The notes beneath the pieces were generated by a model that worked only from the letters and a program-made list of their open reading frames with translations, was not told the DNA's origin and did not search any database. The translations under genes were made by a program, and so were the position numbers. From positions 29,087 through 93,086 of the forward strand of contig PAPH01000005.1 of the NCBI GenBank assembly GCA_002709005.1: a stretch of 64,000 nucleotides of DNA. Direction: 5' to 3'. The stretch is from Hyphomicrobiales bacterium. Its GTDB lineage: Bacteria; Pseudomonadota; Alphaproteobacteria; Rhizobiales; Rhizobiaceae. Of the stretch, positions 19,083 through 29,862 are shown in pieces. Positions within the stretch are counted from its first letter, which is position 1. Each line of letters starts with the position of its first letter.

Positions 19083-22000
19083 CTATTCCGCCGCTGCCCT
19101 GCGGATCGCCGCCACCTGATTGAGAAACGCCCTGAGAGCCGCCGGCTTGACCGGCTTGTTCTGGATCGCGATTCGCTCGGCTTCGGCTGTCGCGCGCACT
19201 TCAGGAGTTCGGTCGGCGGTCAGCAGAAGCGCCGGGATGTCGCTCCCCCAGCGGGCCCTCAGCGCCGTGATTGCATCTGTTCCGACCCCTTCGTCGAGAT
19301 GATAATCGGCAAGGATCGCGTCGGGCCGCGTCCCGATCTTCAACGCCTGTTCCAGCGACCCGGCCGCGTTGACGTCGCAGCCCCATCCGGACAACAGCAA
19401 TTGCATGCCTTCGAGGATGTTCGGCTCGTTGTCGATACACAGAACGCGCAAGCCATCGAGCGGCTTGGCGGGCGGGGCGTCGACCGGCCGGGAGATTGCC
19501 TGCAGTCGCTTGACGTTGGTTTCGAGCGGCAGGGTGACGCGGAACTGCGTGCCCTTTCCAGGTTCCGAGGAAATCTCGACATCCAGATTGAGCACGCGCG
19601 CGATGCGATCGACGATCGACAGACCGAGCCCGAGGCCGGACGCCGTGCGCGCGCCCTCGTCGAGGCGGGCGAACTCCTTGAAGACGGTGCGGAATTTCGT
19701 TGAGGGGATGCCGATTCCGGTGTCGAAAACCTGCAATACGGCGGTGCCGCCCCGCCGGCGGACGCCGATCAGGACGCGGCCCTCGCGCGTATATTTGATG
19801 GCGTTGGAAACGAGGTTCTGGATCAGCCGGCGCAACAGGTTGGGGTCGGTGCGGATGAAGACACCGGTCGGCACGACCGAAAAACGCAGGTTTTTCTCCC
19901 GAGCCACCGGCGCGAAGTCGGTGAGCACGCGGTTGAGTACGTCCTGCAGCGGAAAGCTCGCGAGCCGCGGTTTCATCGCGCCGGTATCGAGCCGGGAAAT
20001 ATCGAGAACCGCCCCGAGAATGCTCTCGACGGATTCGAGTGAGGAATCGATATTGCCGACGAGATCGCGATTGGCGGAATCGCCGAGCCGTTCCACCAGG
20101 GTGGATGAATAGAGACGCGCCGCGTTGAGGGGTTGCAGGATATCGTGGCCGGCGGCCGCCAGAAAGCGCGTCTTGCCGATATTGGCGTCCTCGGCGGCTT
20201 GCTGCGCCTTTTCCAGTTCCTTGTTGACGCGGGTCAGTTCGCCGGTGCGTTCGGCCACGCGCTGCTCGAGGGTCTCGTTGGCCTGCTTGAGCGCCAGATC
20301 GGCGGCAACCCGCTCGGTGATATCCGCGTAGGTCGTCACGAAACCGTTGTCTGGCATCGGATTTGAGCGGATTTCGATGATGCGGGGCGGCTGGCCGGCC
20401 GTGATGGTGAAGGGGGTATCCATCGTCAGAAAGCGCTTGAGCGTCGCTTGCTCCGTCCCTTCGTCGATATCGCCGCGATCGGCCAGGATACGCAGAATGC
20501 TCTCAAGCGAGGTGCCGACCTGGCCGACCTGTTCGGGCAGATCGAAGAGCGCGCGGAAGCGCTTGTTCCACACGGTCAGCCGGTTCGAACTGTCGAATAC
20601 GGTGATCCCCTGATCGAGCTGGCCGAGCGCGGTCTGCAACAGGTCGCGATTGTATTGCAGCGCGTCGGAGGCTTCATCGAGAAGCCGGGCCGCGTCGCCC
20701 GGCAGTTCGTCGGCGCGCTGGAACAGCAGCGTGAGAACGAGGCGTGCCGACGACGAGCCGATGGCGCTCGCCAACAGCTGCTCGGCGAACCGCAGCAGCC
20801 CCATGTCGGCCGGATCCTCGTCGCGGATCCAGTGGCCGAGCGAGCGTTCGTAGGAGTGGAAGGAGCGTTCGGTGCGCTCGGGGCCGAGATACCGCCCGAT
20901 CGTCTGTTTGAGAATGCCGACGGTGACCTTGGTTCTCCAGCCGGAGCGCAGCTGCTTCGGACGGCGGCCCTCGGGGATGAAGACGGCGGCCTGCACGCGC
21001 TCGATCGAGCGCGGACGCCGCGACAGCGAGCCGATGATGTAGCAGATTGTATTGATGATGAGGCTCAGGAGAACGGCAATGAACAGCGGATCACCGCTGA
21101 CGCCGGTATTGTCGATCCCCGGGACGAGAAAGGACAGGACCGCCTCGGCCACATTGGAATTGTCAGGACCGCCGAGGCTCGGCAAGAGCAGGATGTATCC
21201 CCAGACCAGAATGCCGCTGACGAGGCCGGCGATCGCGCCGCGCGCATTGGCCTGGCGCCAGAACAGTCCGCCGAAAAAGGCAGGTGCGAGCTGCGCGATC
21301 GCCGCGAAGGATAACAGCCCGATCGAGGCGAGGCCCGCATTGGTGTCGATCGAGCGGTAATAGGCGAAGCCGAGAAAGAGAACGCCGGCGATCGCCGTGC
21401 GCCTGATCCAGAGAATTGTGCGCGGGAAATCCCCGCCCGGCATCCGCTTGTCCCGATTTCTCAGCACCAGCGGCACGATGAGGTCGTTCGACGCCATGAT
21501 CGCCACGGCCACGGAGGCGACGATGACCATCGCCGTCGCCGCGGAAAAACCGCCGAGGAAGGTAATCAGCGCGATCACCGGCATGTCGTTGTGAAGCGGC
21601 AGCGAGAGAACGAAGAGATCGCTCGTGCCTTCCGGACCGAACTGCATCAGGCCGGCCATGGCGACCGGCAGCACGAACAGGTTGATCGCCACGAGATAGA
21701 GCGGGAGCAGCCATCGCGCCAGCCGCAGCTCGGAGGTGGTGCGGTTCTCGACCACCATGACGTGGAACTGACGCGGCAGGAGAATGATAGCGACGGCGGA
21801 GAGCCCGATCAGCAGTATCCAGCGGGTCGGTCCGGTCTCGTAGGCAAGCGAACGCTGCACGTCTGCATTGGCGAGCGCCGCATCCAGAAGCGCCACCGGC
21901 CCGTCGAACAGGACAAACACGACCGCGAGCCCGATTGCGGTAAAGGCCACCAGCTTGATGAGCGATTCCATCGCCACGGCCAGGATGAGACCGTCCTGGT

Positions 22001-22568
22001 GTTCGGTCGCATCTGTGTGGCGGGTGCCGAAGATCATCGCGAACACCGCTAGCAGGATGGTGACGAACAACGAGATGTCGGCGAACAGGAAATTGTCCGT
22101 CAGAAGCTCGAAGGCTTCGATGTTGATCATCGTCGAGACCGAGCTCGACACCGCCTTGAGCTGCAGCGCGATATAGGGAACGGAGCCGATCAGCGCGATC
22201 AGCGCGACGATGGCCGCGACGGCGGGGTTCTTGCCGTAGCGCGCGGCCATGAAGTCGGCGATCGAGGTTATGCGTTCGGCCTTGGCGAGCGTGACGATCC
22301 GGGTGATCAGCGGCATGCCGAGCGTGAACATCAGCACCGGGCCGATATAGATGCCGATGAACTCCCAGCCCTGGCTGGCGGCCAGTCCGACGCCGCCGTA
22401 ATAGGTCCAGGAGGTGCAGTAGATCGCGAGACTCAGCGAGAAAATGATCGGCCGGCCGGTGCTCTGCCGCAGGCGCCGCGTGCCCGCTCTGTCGCCATAG
22501 GCGGCGATCACGAACAGCAGCAGCATATATGACAGCGCCGATCCGAAAATCAGCCAGCCAGGCAGCAT
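19083..22568 (-). CDS. Hybrid sensor histidine kinase with N-terminal Na+/solute symporter domain (CrbS/MxtR-like): SSS-PAS-HisKA-HATPase-REC
   Basis: SLAIYCTSWTYYG SSS segment; H-box AAGHDILQPL; NLVSNAIKY; DTGIG; GLGLGL; C-terminal receiver. Confidence 0.9.
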   Translation of the reverse strand: MLPGWLIFGSALSYMLLLFVIAAYGDRAGTRRLRQSTGRPIIFSLSLAIYCTSWTYYGGVGLAASQGWEFIGIYIGPVLMFTLGMPLITRIVTLAKAERITSIADFMAARYGKNPAVAAIVALIALIGSVPYIALQLKAVSSSVSTMINIEAFELLTDNFLFADISLFVTILLAVFAMIFGTRHTDATEHQDGLILAVAMESLIKLVAFTAIGLAVVFVLFDGPVALLDAALANADVQRSLAYETGPTRWILLIGLSAVAIILLPRQFHVMVVENRTTSELRLARWLLPLYLVAINLFVLPVAMAGLMQFGPEGTSDLFVLSLPLHNDMPVIALITFLGGFSAATAMVIVASVAVAIMASNDLIVPLVLRNRDKRMPGGDFPRTILWIRRTAIAGVLFLGFAYYRSIDTNAGLASIGLLSFAAIAQLAPAFFGGLFWRQANARGAIAGLVSGILVWGYILLLPSLGGPDNSNVAEAVLSFLVPGIDNTGVSGDPLFIAVLLSLIINTICYIIGSLSRRPRSIERVQAAVFIPEGRRPKQLRSGWRTKVTVGILKQTIGRYLGPERTERSFHSYERSLGHWIRDEDPADMGLLRFAEQLLASAIGSSSARLVLTLLFQRADELPGDAARLLDEASDALQYNRDLLQTALGQLDQGITVFDSSNRLTVWNKRFRALFDLPEQVGQVGTSLESILRILADRGDIDEGTEQATLKRFLTMDTPFTITAGQPPRIIEIRSNPMPDNGFVTTYADITERVAADLALKQANETLEQRVAERTGELTRVNKELEKAQQAAEDANIGKTRFLAAAGHDILQPLNAARLYSSTLVERLGDSANRDLVGNIDSSLESVESILGAVLDISRLDTGAMKPRLASFPLQDVLNRVLTDFAPVAREKNLRFSVVPTGVFIRTDPNLLRRLIQNLVSNAIKYTREGRVLIGVRRRGGTAVLQVFDTGIGIPSTKFRTVFKEFARLDEGARTASGLGLGLSIVDRIARVLNLDVEISSEPGKGTQFRVTLPLETNVKRLQAISRPVDAPPAKPLDGLRVLCIDNEPNILEGMQLLLSGWGCDVNAAGSLEQALKIGTRPDAILADYHLDEGVGTDAITALRARWGSDIPALLLTADRTPEVRATAEAERIAIQNKPVKPAALRAFLNQVAAIRRAAAE

Positions 22569-22788
22569 CTTGTCCCTCCCCGGGACCGGTTAGAGGTCCC
22601 GTGACGAGTTTTACACGAGGCAACGAGCATCGCTCAAACGGATTTTGCCTATCCTTTGGTACGGGACAAAGAAGGAAACCGGATTGCGAAGCCGCCGCCG
22701 GTGTTTCATCGTAGCCGCGCCGGGCGGGGAAAACAGAACGGGCGCGCCCGCCGGCATGCCGCGGATTTCGCGCCGCAGGGAGATTTTC

Positions 22789-23205
22789 ATGATCGAGGAA
22801 TTCAAATCATTCATCGCCAAGGGCAACGTCATGGACTTGGCGGTCGGCGTCATCATCGGCGGCGCCTTCGGGCTGATCGTCAAGTCGCTGACCGACGACA
22901 TCATAATGCCCCTCGTCGGAGCGATTTTCGGCGGGTTCGACTTCTCGAACTACTTCCTGCCGTTGTCATCGGCCGTGACCGCCGACACCCTCGAAGCCGC
23001 CCGCGAGCAGGGCGCCGTCTTCGCCTACGGCAACTTCGTCACCGTCGTGCTCAACTTCCTCATTCTCGCCTGGATCATTTTCCTGATGGTCAAGGCGGTC
23101 AACCGCATCCGCGCCGAAGAGGAAGCCAAGCCCGATCCCACCCCGGCCGAGCCGCCCGCCGATGTGCGTCTGCTCACCGAGATTCGCGATCTCCTCAAAA
23201 AGTAA
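22789..23205 (+). CDS. mscL: Large-conductance mechanosensitive channel
   Basis: [24 protein letters not shown]; LLTEIRDLL. Confidence 0.96.
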   Translation: MIEEFKSFIAKGNVMDLAVGVIIGGAFGLIVKSLTDDIIMPLVGAIFGGFDFSNYFLPLSSAVTADTLEAAREQGAVFAYGNFVTVVLNFLILAWIIFLMVKAVNRIRAEEEAKPDPTPAEPPADVRLLTEIRDLLKK

Positions 23206-23306
23206 GGCCCGGCTCCACTCATCACCAAAATCGATCCATTCATCGACGCGGACGGCTGGACAGTGCGGCAAAATCCGCTATCGCGGTAGGCTGAAGGAGA
23301 TTGCCC

Positions 23307-24485
23307 ATGTCCGCCGTATCGTCCGCATTCGACCATCTCTCCGAAAGAACCCGCCTTGCCCCCGAAAGCGGCATCGTCGAGGTGCTCAATCACGGATGGG
23401 GCAAGGAAGGGCTGATCCCGTTGTGGGCCGGAGAAGGCGACCGGCCTACCCCGGAGTTCATTCGCCAGGCCGGAGCGGATGCCTTGATGGCCGGGGAAAC
23501 CTTCTACACCCAGCAGCGCGGCATCACCGATCTGCGCCAGGGGATTGCCGATTACTACCGCCGCCAGTTCGGCGTGGTTCGTCCGATCGATGACTTCACC
23601 GTCACCGGTTCGGGCATGCAGGCGATCAAGCTAGCAATCGAGGCGGTCTCCGCTCCGGGCGACGAAATCCTCTATCTGTCGCCCTCCTGGCCCAACCTGC
23701 CGGCTGCTTTCGCGATCTCGGGCGGCAAGCCGGTGCCTTTCGTCATGGATGTCGTGGACGGGCGCTGGTCAGTCCACATGGAGCGCTTCGAGGCCGCGGT
23801 GACGCCGCGAACCCGCGCCCTCTTCATCAACACGCCGTCGAACCCGACCGGGTGGGTTGCGACGATTGACGATCTCAGGGCGATCCTCGCCATCGCCCGC
23901 AAGCACAATCTGTGGATCATCGCCGACGAGATCTATTCGCGTTTCTTCTATTCCGGCACCCGCGCGCCGTCCTTCCTGGATATTGCCGGGGACGACGATC
24001 TCATTCTCTACGTCAATTCCTTTTCCAAGAACTGGGCGATGACCGGCTGGCGCGTTGGCTGGATCGTCGCTCCGCCGGCGATCGGGCAGGCACTGGAGAA
24101 TCTGGTTCAGTATTCCACTTCGGGCGTCGCGCAGTTCATGCAGAAGGGTGCGGTGAAGGCGATTTCGGAGGGCGATGATTTCGTCGACGAGCAGGTAGCG
24201 CTCGCCCAGAAGGCCCGCGACGTGTTCTGCGACATCCTCCAGGCGACAAACCGCGTGGTCATCGCGCGGCCCGAAGGCGCCTTCTATGCCTTCTTCAGGA
24301 TCGACGGTTTGTCCGATACTCGCGCCGCCGCGATCGACATCGTCGACCGGGCCAATGTCGGGCTGGCGCCGGGCACGGCTTTCGGTCCCGGCGGGGAAGC
24401 GTTCATGCGGGCCTGTTTCCTCCGCCGCATCGATCAGGTCGAAGACGCGGCGAACCGGCTGGCGGGCTATATTTCCTCTCTGTGA
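23307..24485 (+). CDS. PLP-dependent aminotransferase class I/II
   Basis: NTPSNPTG, ADEIY, SFSKNWAMTGWRVG. Confidence 0.92.
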   Translation: MSAVSSAFDHLSERTRLAPESGIVEVLNHGWGKEGLIPLWAGEGDRPTPEFIRQAGADALMAGETFYTQQRGITDLRQGIADYYRRQFGVVRPIDDFTVTGSGMQAIKLAIEAVSAPGDEILYLSPSWPNLPAAFAISGGKPVPFVMDVVDGRWSVHMERFEAAVTPRTRALFINTPSNPTGWVATIDDLRAILAIARKHNLWIIADEIYSRFFYSGTRAPSFLDIAGDDDLILYVNSFSKNWAMTGWRVGWIVAPPAIGQALENLVQYSTSGVAQFMQKGAVKAISEGDDFVDEQVALAQKARDVFCDILQATNRVVIARPEGAFYAFFRIDGLSDTRAAAIDIVDRANVGLAPGTAFGPGGEAFMRACFLRRIDQVEDAANRLAGYISSL

Positions 24486-24550
24486 GACGAGAGCAGGCGC
24501 GTCTCCAGTCTCTCGCCGCACGTCTGATGTATAGCCTGTAAAACTTCTTA

Positions 24551-24566
24551 TGCGACTTTAGTTGTA
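24551..24566. promoter_or_regulatory. Imperfect palindrome TGCGAC-TTTA-GTTGTA; candidate site for the CrbR-like regulator upstream of the SSS transporter operon
   Basis: Dyad seen in an AT-rich intergenic region; the regulator assignment is an inference. Confidence 0.35.
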
Positions 24567-24886
24567 CTCCGAAGTTATCATGGGATTTCTCTAGTATCCC
24601 CATTTGAGTTCAGCACCGATTGGGATACCGTCTGTCACGGTTGAATGGGTTGGTTTGCCCTGCCGACGTCGCGGAAAAACCGGTTGAGGACCGGGCGGCG
24701 AGAGGTGGAGCGGCCGAGTGGAACACCAGCCAACCGGGGGAGATGTGGGGAGGACAGGCACGGCATTCCGTGCGGGAGCAACGTCAAGTTCTCCGTGAAT
24801 TTCGGGCCTTCAGGTCATTCCGCATCTTTTTTGGAAATTCGCTCCAGGTGGCTTCCTGCCGCCATCGGAGTGTCGAGGAGGAACAC

Positions 24887-25144
24887 ATGAATAACGGTAA
24901 TGGTGAGGCCTACTGGAAGGCCAATGTGCGCCTGATGATCATGCTGCTGATCATCTGGGCGCTTGTATCATTCGGCTTCGGCATCCTGCTGCGGCCGCTT
25001 CTCGCTGGAATCCCCGTCGGTGGTACCGATCTTGGATTCTGGTTCGCCCAGCAGGGCTCAATCCTGGTCTTCCTGGTTCTGATCTTCTTCTATGCGTTCC
25101 GCATGAACAAGATGGACCGGGAATACGGCGTCGACGAGGAATAG
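24887..25144 (+). CDS. DUF4212 solute:sodium symporter small subunit
   Basis: GAGGAG RBS; AYWKANVRL, LGFWFAQQGSI. Confidence 0.88.
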   Translation: MNNGNGEAYWKANVRLMIMLLIIWALVSFGFGILLRPLLAGIPVGGTDLGFWFAQQGSILVFLVLIFFYAFRMNKMDREYGVDEE

Positions 25145-25153
25145 GGGGGAGAC

Positions 25154-26932
25154 ATGGACCAATATACCCTTAACCTGCTGGTGATCGGCGCATCCTTTGC
25201 GCTCTACATCGGCATCGCCATCTGGGCCCGCGCGGGCTCGACAAGCGAATTCTACGCCGCCGGCCGCGGCGTTCACCCGGTGATGAACGGCATGGCGACA
25301 GCCGCCGACTGGATGTCGGCGGCATCGTTCATTTCCATGGCCGGCATCATCGCCTTCCTCGGCTACGACGCCTCGGCCTATCTCATGGGCTGGACCGGCG
25401 GCTACGTGCTTCTGGCCATGATGCTTGCGCCGTATCTGCGCAAGTTCGGCAAATACACTGTGCCCGAATTCATCGGCGACCGGTTCTACTCGTCCTCCGC
25501 CCGCATGGTGGCGGTTCTCTGCCTGATCGTCGCATCGGTGACCTACGTCATCGGCCAGATGACCGGGGTCGGCGTGGCTTTCTCCCGCTTCCTCGAAGTG
25601 GACAACGCGACCGGCCTTTATATCGGCGCGGCCGTGGTGTTCTGCTACGCGGTTCTCGGCGGTATGAAGGGCATCACCTACACCCAGGTTGCACAGTACT
25701 GCGTGCTGATCTTCGCCTACACCATTCCGGCGATCTTCATCTCGCTGCAGCTGACCGGCAACCCGATTCCGCCGCTCGGTCTCTTCTCCGACCACGTGGG
25801 CAGTGGACAGCCCATCCTGGCAACCCTGGAAGCCACTCTCAGCGATCTGGGCTTTGCCACCTATACCGAAAGTCACGACACCATGCTGAACATGTTCCTG
25901 TTCACCATGTCGCTGATGATCGGGACCGCGGGCCTGCCGCACGTGATCGTGCGCTTCTTCACCGTGCCGCGCGTGGCTGACGCCCGTACCTCGGCCGGCT
26001 GGGCGCTGGTGTTCATCGCGCTTCTGTACCTGACCGCTCCGGCCGTTGGTGCGATGGCACGTCTGAACATCATGACCACCATGTGGCCGAACGGCATCCA
26101 GGGCGAAGCGATCGCCCAGGAGGATCTGCCCGAGTGGTTCGCCAACTGGCAGGTGACCGGTCTGCTCGCCGTCGAGGACAAGAACGGGGATGGAAAGATC
26201 CAGTTCTACAACGACGAGGCATCGGCGGATTCGCCGGTCATGGAAGCCGCGGCCGAACGCGGCTGGGAAGGCAACGAGCTGACCACGTTCAACCGTGACA
26301 TCCTCGTGCTCGCCAACCCGGAAATCGCCAATCTTCCGGGCTGGGTCATCGCCCTTGTCGCAGCCGGCGGTCTCGCCGCCGCCCTGTCGACAGCGGCAGG
26401 TCTGCTGCTCGCCATTTCCTCGGCGATCAGTCACGACCTGATCAAGGGAGCGATCAACCCCAACATCTCGGAGGGCGGGGAGCTGATGGCGGCCCGCGTC
26501 GCGATGGCGGTGGCGATCGCGGTGGCGACCTATCTGGGCCTCAATCCCCCGGGATTCGCGGCGCAGACGGTGGCTCTCGCCTTCGGTATTGCCGCGGCAT
26601 CGATCTTCCCGGCGCTGATGATGGGCATCTTCTCGACGCGCATCAACAACAAGGGCGCCGTGGCGGGCATGCTGGCAGGTCTGTTGATCACCGTGATCTA
26701 CATCTTCCTGCACAAGGGTTGGTTCTTCATTCCGGATACCAACTCCTTCACGGACAGCGATCCGCTGCTGCTCTCGATCAAGTCGACCTCCTTCGGAGCC
26801 ATCGGCGCGGTCATCAACTTCGTCGTCGCCTTCCTGGTTTCGAATGCGACCGAAGAGCCGCCGGAAGAGATCAAGGCACTGGTGGAATCGGTCCGCGTGC
26901 CGCGCGGCGCCGGCGCTGCCACCACCCACTAG
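25154..26932 (+). CDS. Sodium:solute symporter, ActP-like (probable acetate/monocarboxylate permease)
   Basis: NGMATAADWMSAASFISMAG, GTAGLPHVIVRFFTV; follows the DUF4212 gene. Confidence 0.88.
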   Translation: MDQYTLNLLVIGASFALYIGIAIWARAGSTSEFYAAGRGVHPVMNGMATAADWMSAASFISMAGIIAFLGYDASAYLMGWTGGYVLLAMMLAPYLRKFGKYTVPEFIGDRFYSSSARMVAVLCLIVASVTYVIGQMTGVGVAFSRFLEVDNATGLYIGAAVVFCYAVLGGMKGITYTQVAQYCVLIFAYTIPAIFISLQLTGNPIPPLGLFSDHVGSGQPILATLEATLSDLGFATYTESHDTMLNMFLFTMSLMIGTAGLPHVIVRFFTVPRVADARTSAGWALVFIALLYLTAPAVGAMARLNIMTTMWPNGIQGEAIAQEDLPEWFANWQVTGLLAVEDKNGDGKIQFYNDEASADSPVMEAAAERGWEGNELTTFNRDILVLANPEIANLPGWVIALVAAGGLAAALSTAAGLLLAISSAISHDLIKGAINPNISEGGELMAARVAMAVAIAVATYLGLNPPGFAAQTVALAFGIAAASIFPALMMGIFSTRINNKGAVAGMLAGLLITVIYIFLHKGWFFIPDTNSFTDSDPLLLSIKSTSFGAIGAVINFVVAFLVSNATEEPPEEIKALVESVRVPRGAGAATTH

Positions 26933-26973
26933 ATCCCGTTATCGGGACCACAGGTGGGTCGAACCCGAAAAAG

Positions 26974-27006
26974 ATGGACCCCGGCCTTGCCGGGGTTCAT
27001 TGTTTC
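26974..27006 (+). terminator. Stem-loop after the SSS gene
   Basis: ATGGACCCCGGC-CTT-GCCGGGGTTCAT followed by TGTTTC. Confidence 0.55.
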
Positions 27007-27044
27007 CGGAGAGGACGGGAGCAGGATGGGAAGGGGAGGATTCC

Positions 27045-28877
27045 ATGAGTGAAGCGTTCACCGGGTTCGTTCGCCGGCTTCATCCTTTCGATGCGCTCGA
27101 TTCCGGGACGATCGCGGAACTGGCGAAGGTTGTGACACGGCGTGAGGTGGAGGAAGGTGCCACGCTGCTCTCCGCCGGCGACATGGTCACCGAATTCAGC
27201 TTGATCGTGGAAGGCACCATCGATCTCGTTTCCCGCGAGGGGACATTGATTTCCCAGCTTCGCGAAGGAGACTACTTCGGCGGTCTCGCGCTTCTCAATG
27301 ACGGCCGCGCAGTCCATTCCATCGAAGCGGCGAGCGATGCCGTTCTCTACGATATTCCCGGCCCCGTATTCCAGGCGCTGGTGCGGGATCATTCGGTGGT
27401 GGACGCCTATTTCAACCGTGCCGGCAAGCGACGGGCAGCGGGAAGCGGGGTTGCATCGCCGGTCGCGGAAGGATGGCTTGCCCGCCCGCTCTCCGACCTC
27501 ATGTCCAAGCCCGCATTCACCTGTCCGGCCGGAACGCAGATCCGCGAAGCCGCGCGCCTGATGAGCGAACAGGGCTATTCGTGCATTCTGGCGGTCGATG
27601 ACGGGGGCAACCTGGCCGGGATCCTCACTGCGCGCGACATGACGCGAATCGTTGCCGAAGGCCGCGCGGGCGACACGCTCGTCTCTGAGGTGATGACGGC
27701 GGACCCCTTCGCCGCGTCTGCGGACCAGACAGGTTTCGATGCCGTCGTTGCGATGAGCGAGCGGGGATTTGGTCACTTGCCGGTGGTGGCTGAGGGAAAG
27801 CCTGTCGGCATACTCACTCAGACCGATCTGGTTCGGCGTCATTCCGTCTCCGCCGTCTTCCTGATCCGCGATATCGCCAGCCGCAACGATTACGAGGGGC
27901 TTGCCGCGATCACGGCGAATATCCCGACGTTGCTCGCCCACCTCGTGGGAGCCGGGGTGCCGGCGCACCAGATCGGCCGGATGATTACCTCGATTTCGGA
28001 TGCCGCGACACGTCGCCTGATCGCCATGGCCATCGACAAGCTCGGCCCTCCGCCGGTGCCGTGGCTCTGGCTCGCCTGCGGCAGTCAGGGGCGTCGTGAG
28101 CAGACCGGAGTTTCCGATCAGGACAACTGCCTTTTTCTCTCCGACGAGTACGACGAAACCGAACACGGCGATTACTTCGCGGCTTTCGCCAAGTTCGTTT
28201 CCGATGGATTGAACGCCGCCGGCTACGTCTATTGCCCCGGCGACATGATGGCCACCAATCCAAGATGGCGGCAGCCGGCCTCGGTCTGGCGCGGCTACTT
28301 TGAAAAATGGATCCGCGTGCCGGAGCCGATGGCGCAGATGCTCGCCAGCGTCATGTTCGACCTCCGTGCGATCGATGGCGACAGCACGCTTTATGAGGGC
28401 GTGCAGGCGCACACGCTGGAAATGGCGCGGCAGGATTCGATCTTTCAGTCGCACATGATCGGCAACTCCCTCAAGCACCAGCCGCCGCTCGGCCTGTTCC
28501 GGGGCTTCGCGCTGATCCGCGGCGGCGAGCACAAGAATACCATCGACATGAAGCATTCCGGCGTGGTGCCGATCGTCGATCTCGGGCGGGTCTACGCGCT
28601 CAAGGGCGCAATTCCGGCGGTTAACACGCGTGAGCGCCTTGTCGAGGCGATCCGTCGTGATGTTCTGTCTGATTCAGGCGGCGCCGATCTGCTCGACGCA
28701 TTCGACCTCGTGTCCATGGTCCGGCTGCAACACCAGGCGCGGCAGGTTCGCGAAGGCGAAAAGCCTGACAACTTCCTTGTGCCCTCACGCCTCTCCGCCC
28801 TGGAGCGGAACCATCTTCGCGACGCTTTCGCCGTCGTCAAATCCTTGCAATCAAGCCTCGGCTACGGCCGGCTCTGA
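27045..28877 (+). CDS. cNMP-binding / CBS-pair / DUF294 nucleotidyltransferase protein
   Basis: GGAGG RBS; cNMP domain (GDYFGG); two CBS repeats; GSQGRREQTGVSDQDN NTase motif; CPGDMMATNP. Confidence 0.9.
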   Translation: MSEAFTGFVRRLHPFDALDSGTIAELAKVVTRREVEEGATLLSAGDMVTEFSLIVEGTIDLVSREGTLISQLREGDYFGGLALLNDGRAVHSIEAASDAVLYDIPGPVFQALVRDHSVVDAYFNRAGKRRAAGSGVASPVAEGWLARPLSDLMSKPAFTCPAGTQIREAARLMSEQGYSCILAVDDGGNLAGILTARDMTRIVAEGRAGDTLVSEVMTADPFAASADQTGFDAVVAMSERGFGHLPVVAEGKPVGILTQTDLVRRHSVSAVFLIRDIASRNDYEGLAAITANIPTLLAHLVGAGVPAHQIGRMITSISDAATRRLIAMAIDKLGPPPVPWLWLACGSQGRREQTGVSDQDNCLFLSDEYDETEHGDYFAAFAKFVSDGLNAAGYVYCPGDMMATNPRWRQPASVWRGYFEKWIRVPEPMAQMLASVMFDLRAIDGDSTLYEGVQAHTLEMARQDSIFQSHMIGNSLKHQPPLGLFRGFALIRGGEHKNTIDMKHSGVVPIVDLGRVYALKGAIPAVNTRERLVEAIRRDVLSDSGGADLLDAFDLVSMVRLQHQARQVREGEKPDNFLVPSRLSALERNHLRDAFAVVKSLQSSLGYGRL

Positions 28878-28903
28878 CAGAAATCGCATAACGGAAATTG
28901 TGA

Positions 28904-29434
28904 ATGGCAAATATCCTCAACCTGCTCGGCCCTGTTCTCTTCGGTATCGCAATCGTCGGCGTTCTCTTGTTCGCAAAGCGTGTGCTGCGGGTGCCTCTGC
29001 CGCGCTGGGCGCTCCCGGTGGGAGCCGCACTCGGCATTCTGGGGGCCCATATCTATAACGAGTATACGTGGTTCGATCGCTTCACCGGGGAACTCCCTGA
29101 GGGCGTCGAAGTGATCCAGAGCGGACAGTCCAGTAGCATCCTCGAGCCCTGGACCTATCTCGTTCCCAAGACCACCCGCTTTGCGGCCCTCGACCGCAAC
29201 TCCATCCGCACCAATCCCGCCCAGCCGGGAATGAAGATTGGTGAAGTCCTTCTCTTCCAGCGCCATACGCCGACCGCTCGCCTCTTGCAGGTTGCCGATT
29301 GCGAGGGCGGCCGGATCGCTGCTCTTTCCGCGGATACCGCGTTTGACGAAAACGGTTTGCCGGAAGGCGTCCAATGGGCAGAGGTGAAGGCCGACGAACC
29401 GCTTTTCTCCTCGATCTGCCAGTTGGAGGGTTGA
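28904..29434 (+). CDS. Hypothetical membrane-anchored protein
   Basis: Two N-terminal TM segments, then EYTW..PWTY..ADC; lies within the operon. Confidence 0.7.
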   Translation: MANILNLLGPVLFGIAIVGVLLFAKRVLRVPLPRWALPVGAALGILGAHIYNEYTWFDRFTGELPEGVEVIQSGQSSSILEPWTYLVPKTTRFAALDRNSIRTNPAQPGMKIGEVLLFQRHTPTARLLQVADCEGGRIAALSADTAFDENGLPEGVQWAEVKADEPLFSSICQLEG

Positions 29435-29487
29435 GCCGATGAGCGGCCGTGGCATGTTCCCCGATCGAGCGCGATGAGGGAAATGTG

Positions 29488-29862
29488 ATGGCGACTATAC
29501 TCATTGTCGTTGACGAGGAGGCGATGGCCCGCTGGCTCCCGGAGCATTTCGTTGAGGCAGGTTGGGATGTGCGGCTGGTGCGGAGCGAAGAGGATGCGCT
29601 CGCCCTCCTGGAGGATGAGGAGACGCAGCGATTGCCGGATGCGGCAATCGTCGACGCAGTGCTGGGGGAGGTGTCGGGTTTCGCGCTAATCCAGGATATC
29701 CGGCGGCGGGTGCCCGGAGCCTTCATTGTCTGCGCCTCCGCCCGGGCGGGTGGGGTAGCGCGGATGAAGGCGCTGGCAGCCGGGGCCAACGCCTATATCA
29801 CCAAACCTTTCGCGCTTGGCGATATCGACCTTCTTCTCAAGGAGAGAGGCGAGGTTTCATGA
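29488..29862 (+). CDS. Stand-alone receiver (response regulator) domain, atypical acidic pocket
   Basis: ILIVVDEE, PDAAIVD, YITKPF; stop overlaps the next gene (ATGA). Confidence 0.75.
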   Translation: MATILIVVDEEAMARWLPEHFVEAGWDVRLVRSEEDALALLEDEETQRLPDAAIVDAVLGEVSGFALIQDIRRRVPGAFIVCASARAGGVARMKALAAGANAYITKPFALGDIDLLLKERGEVS

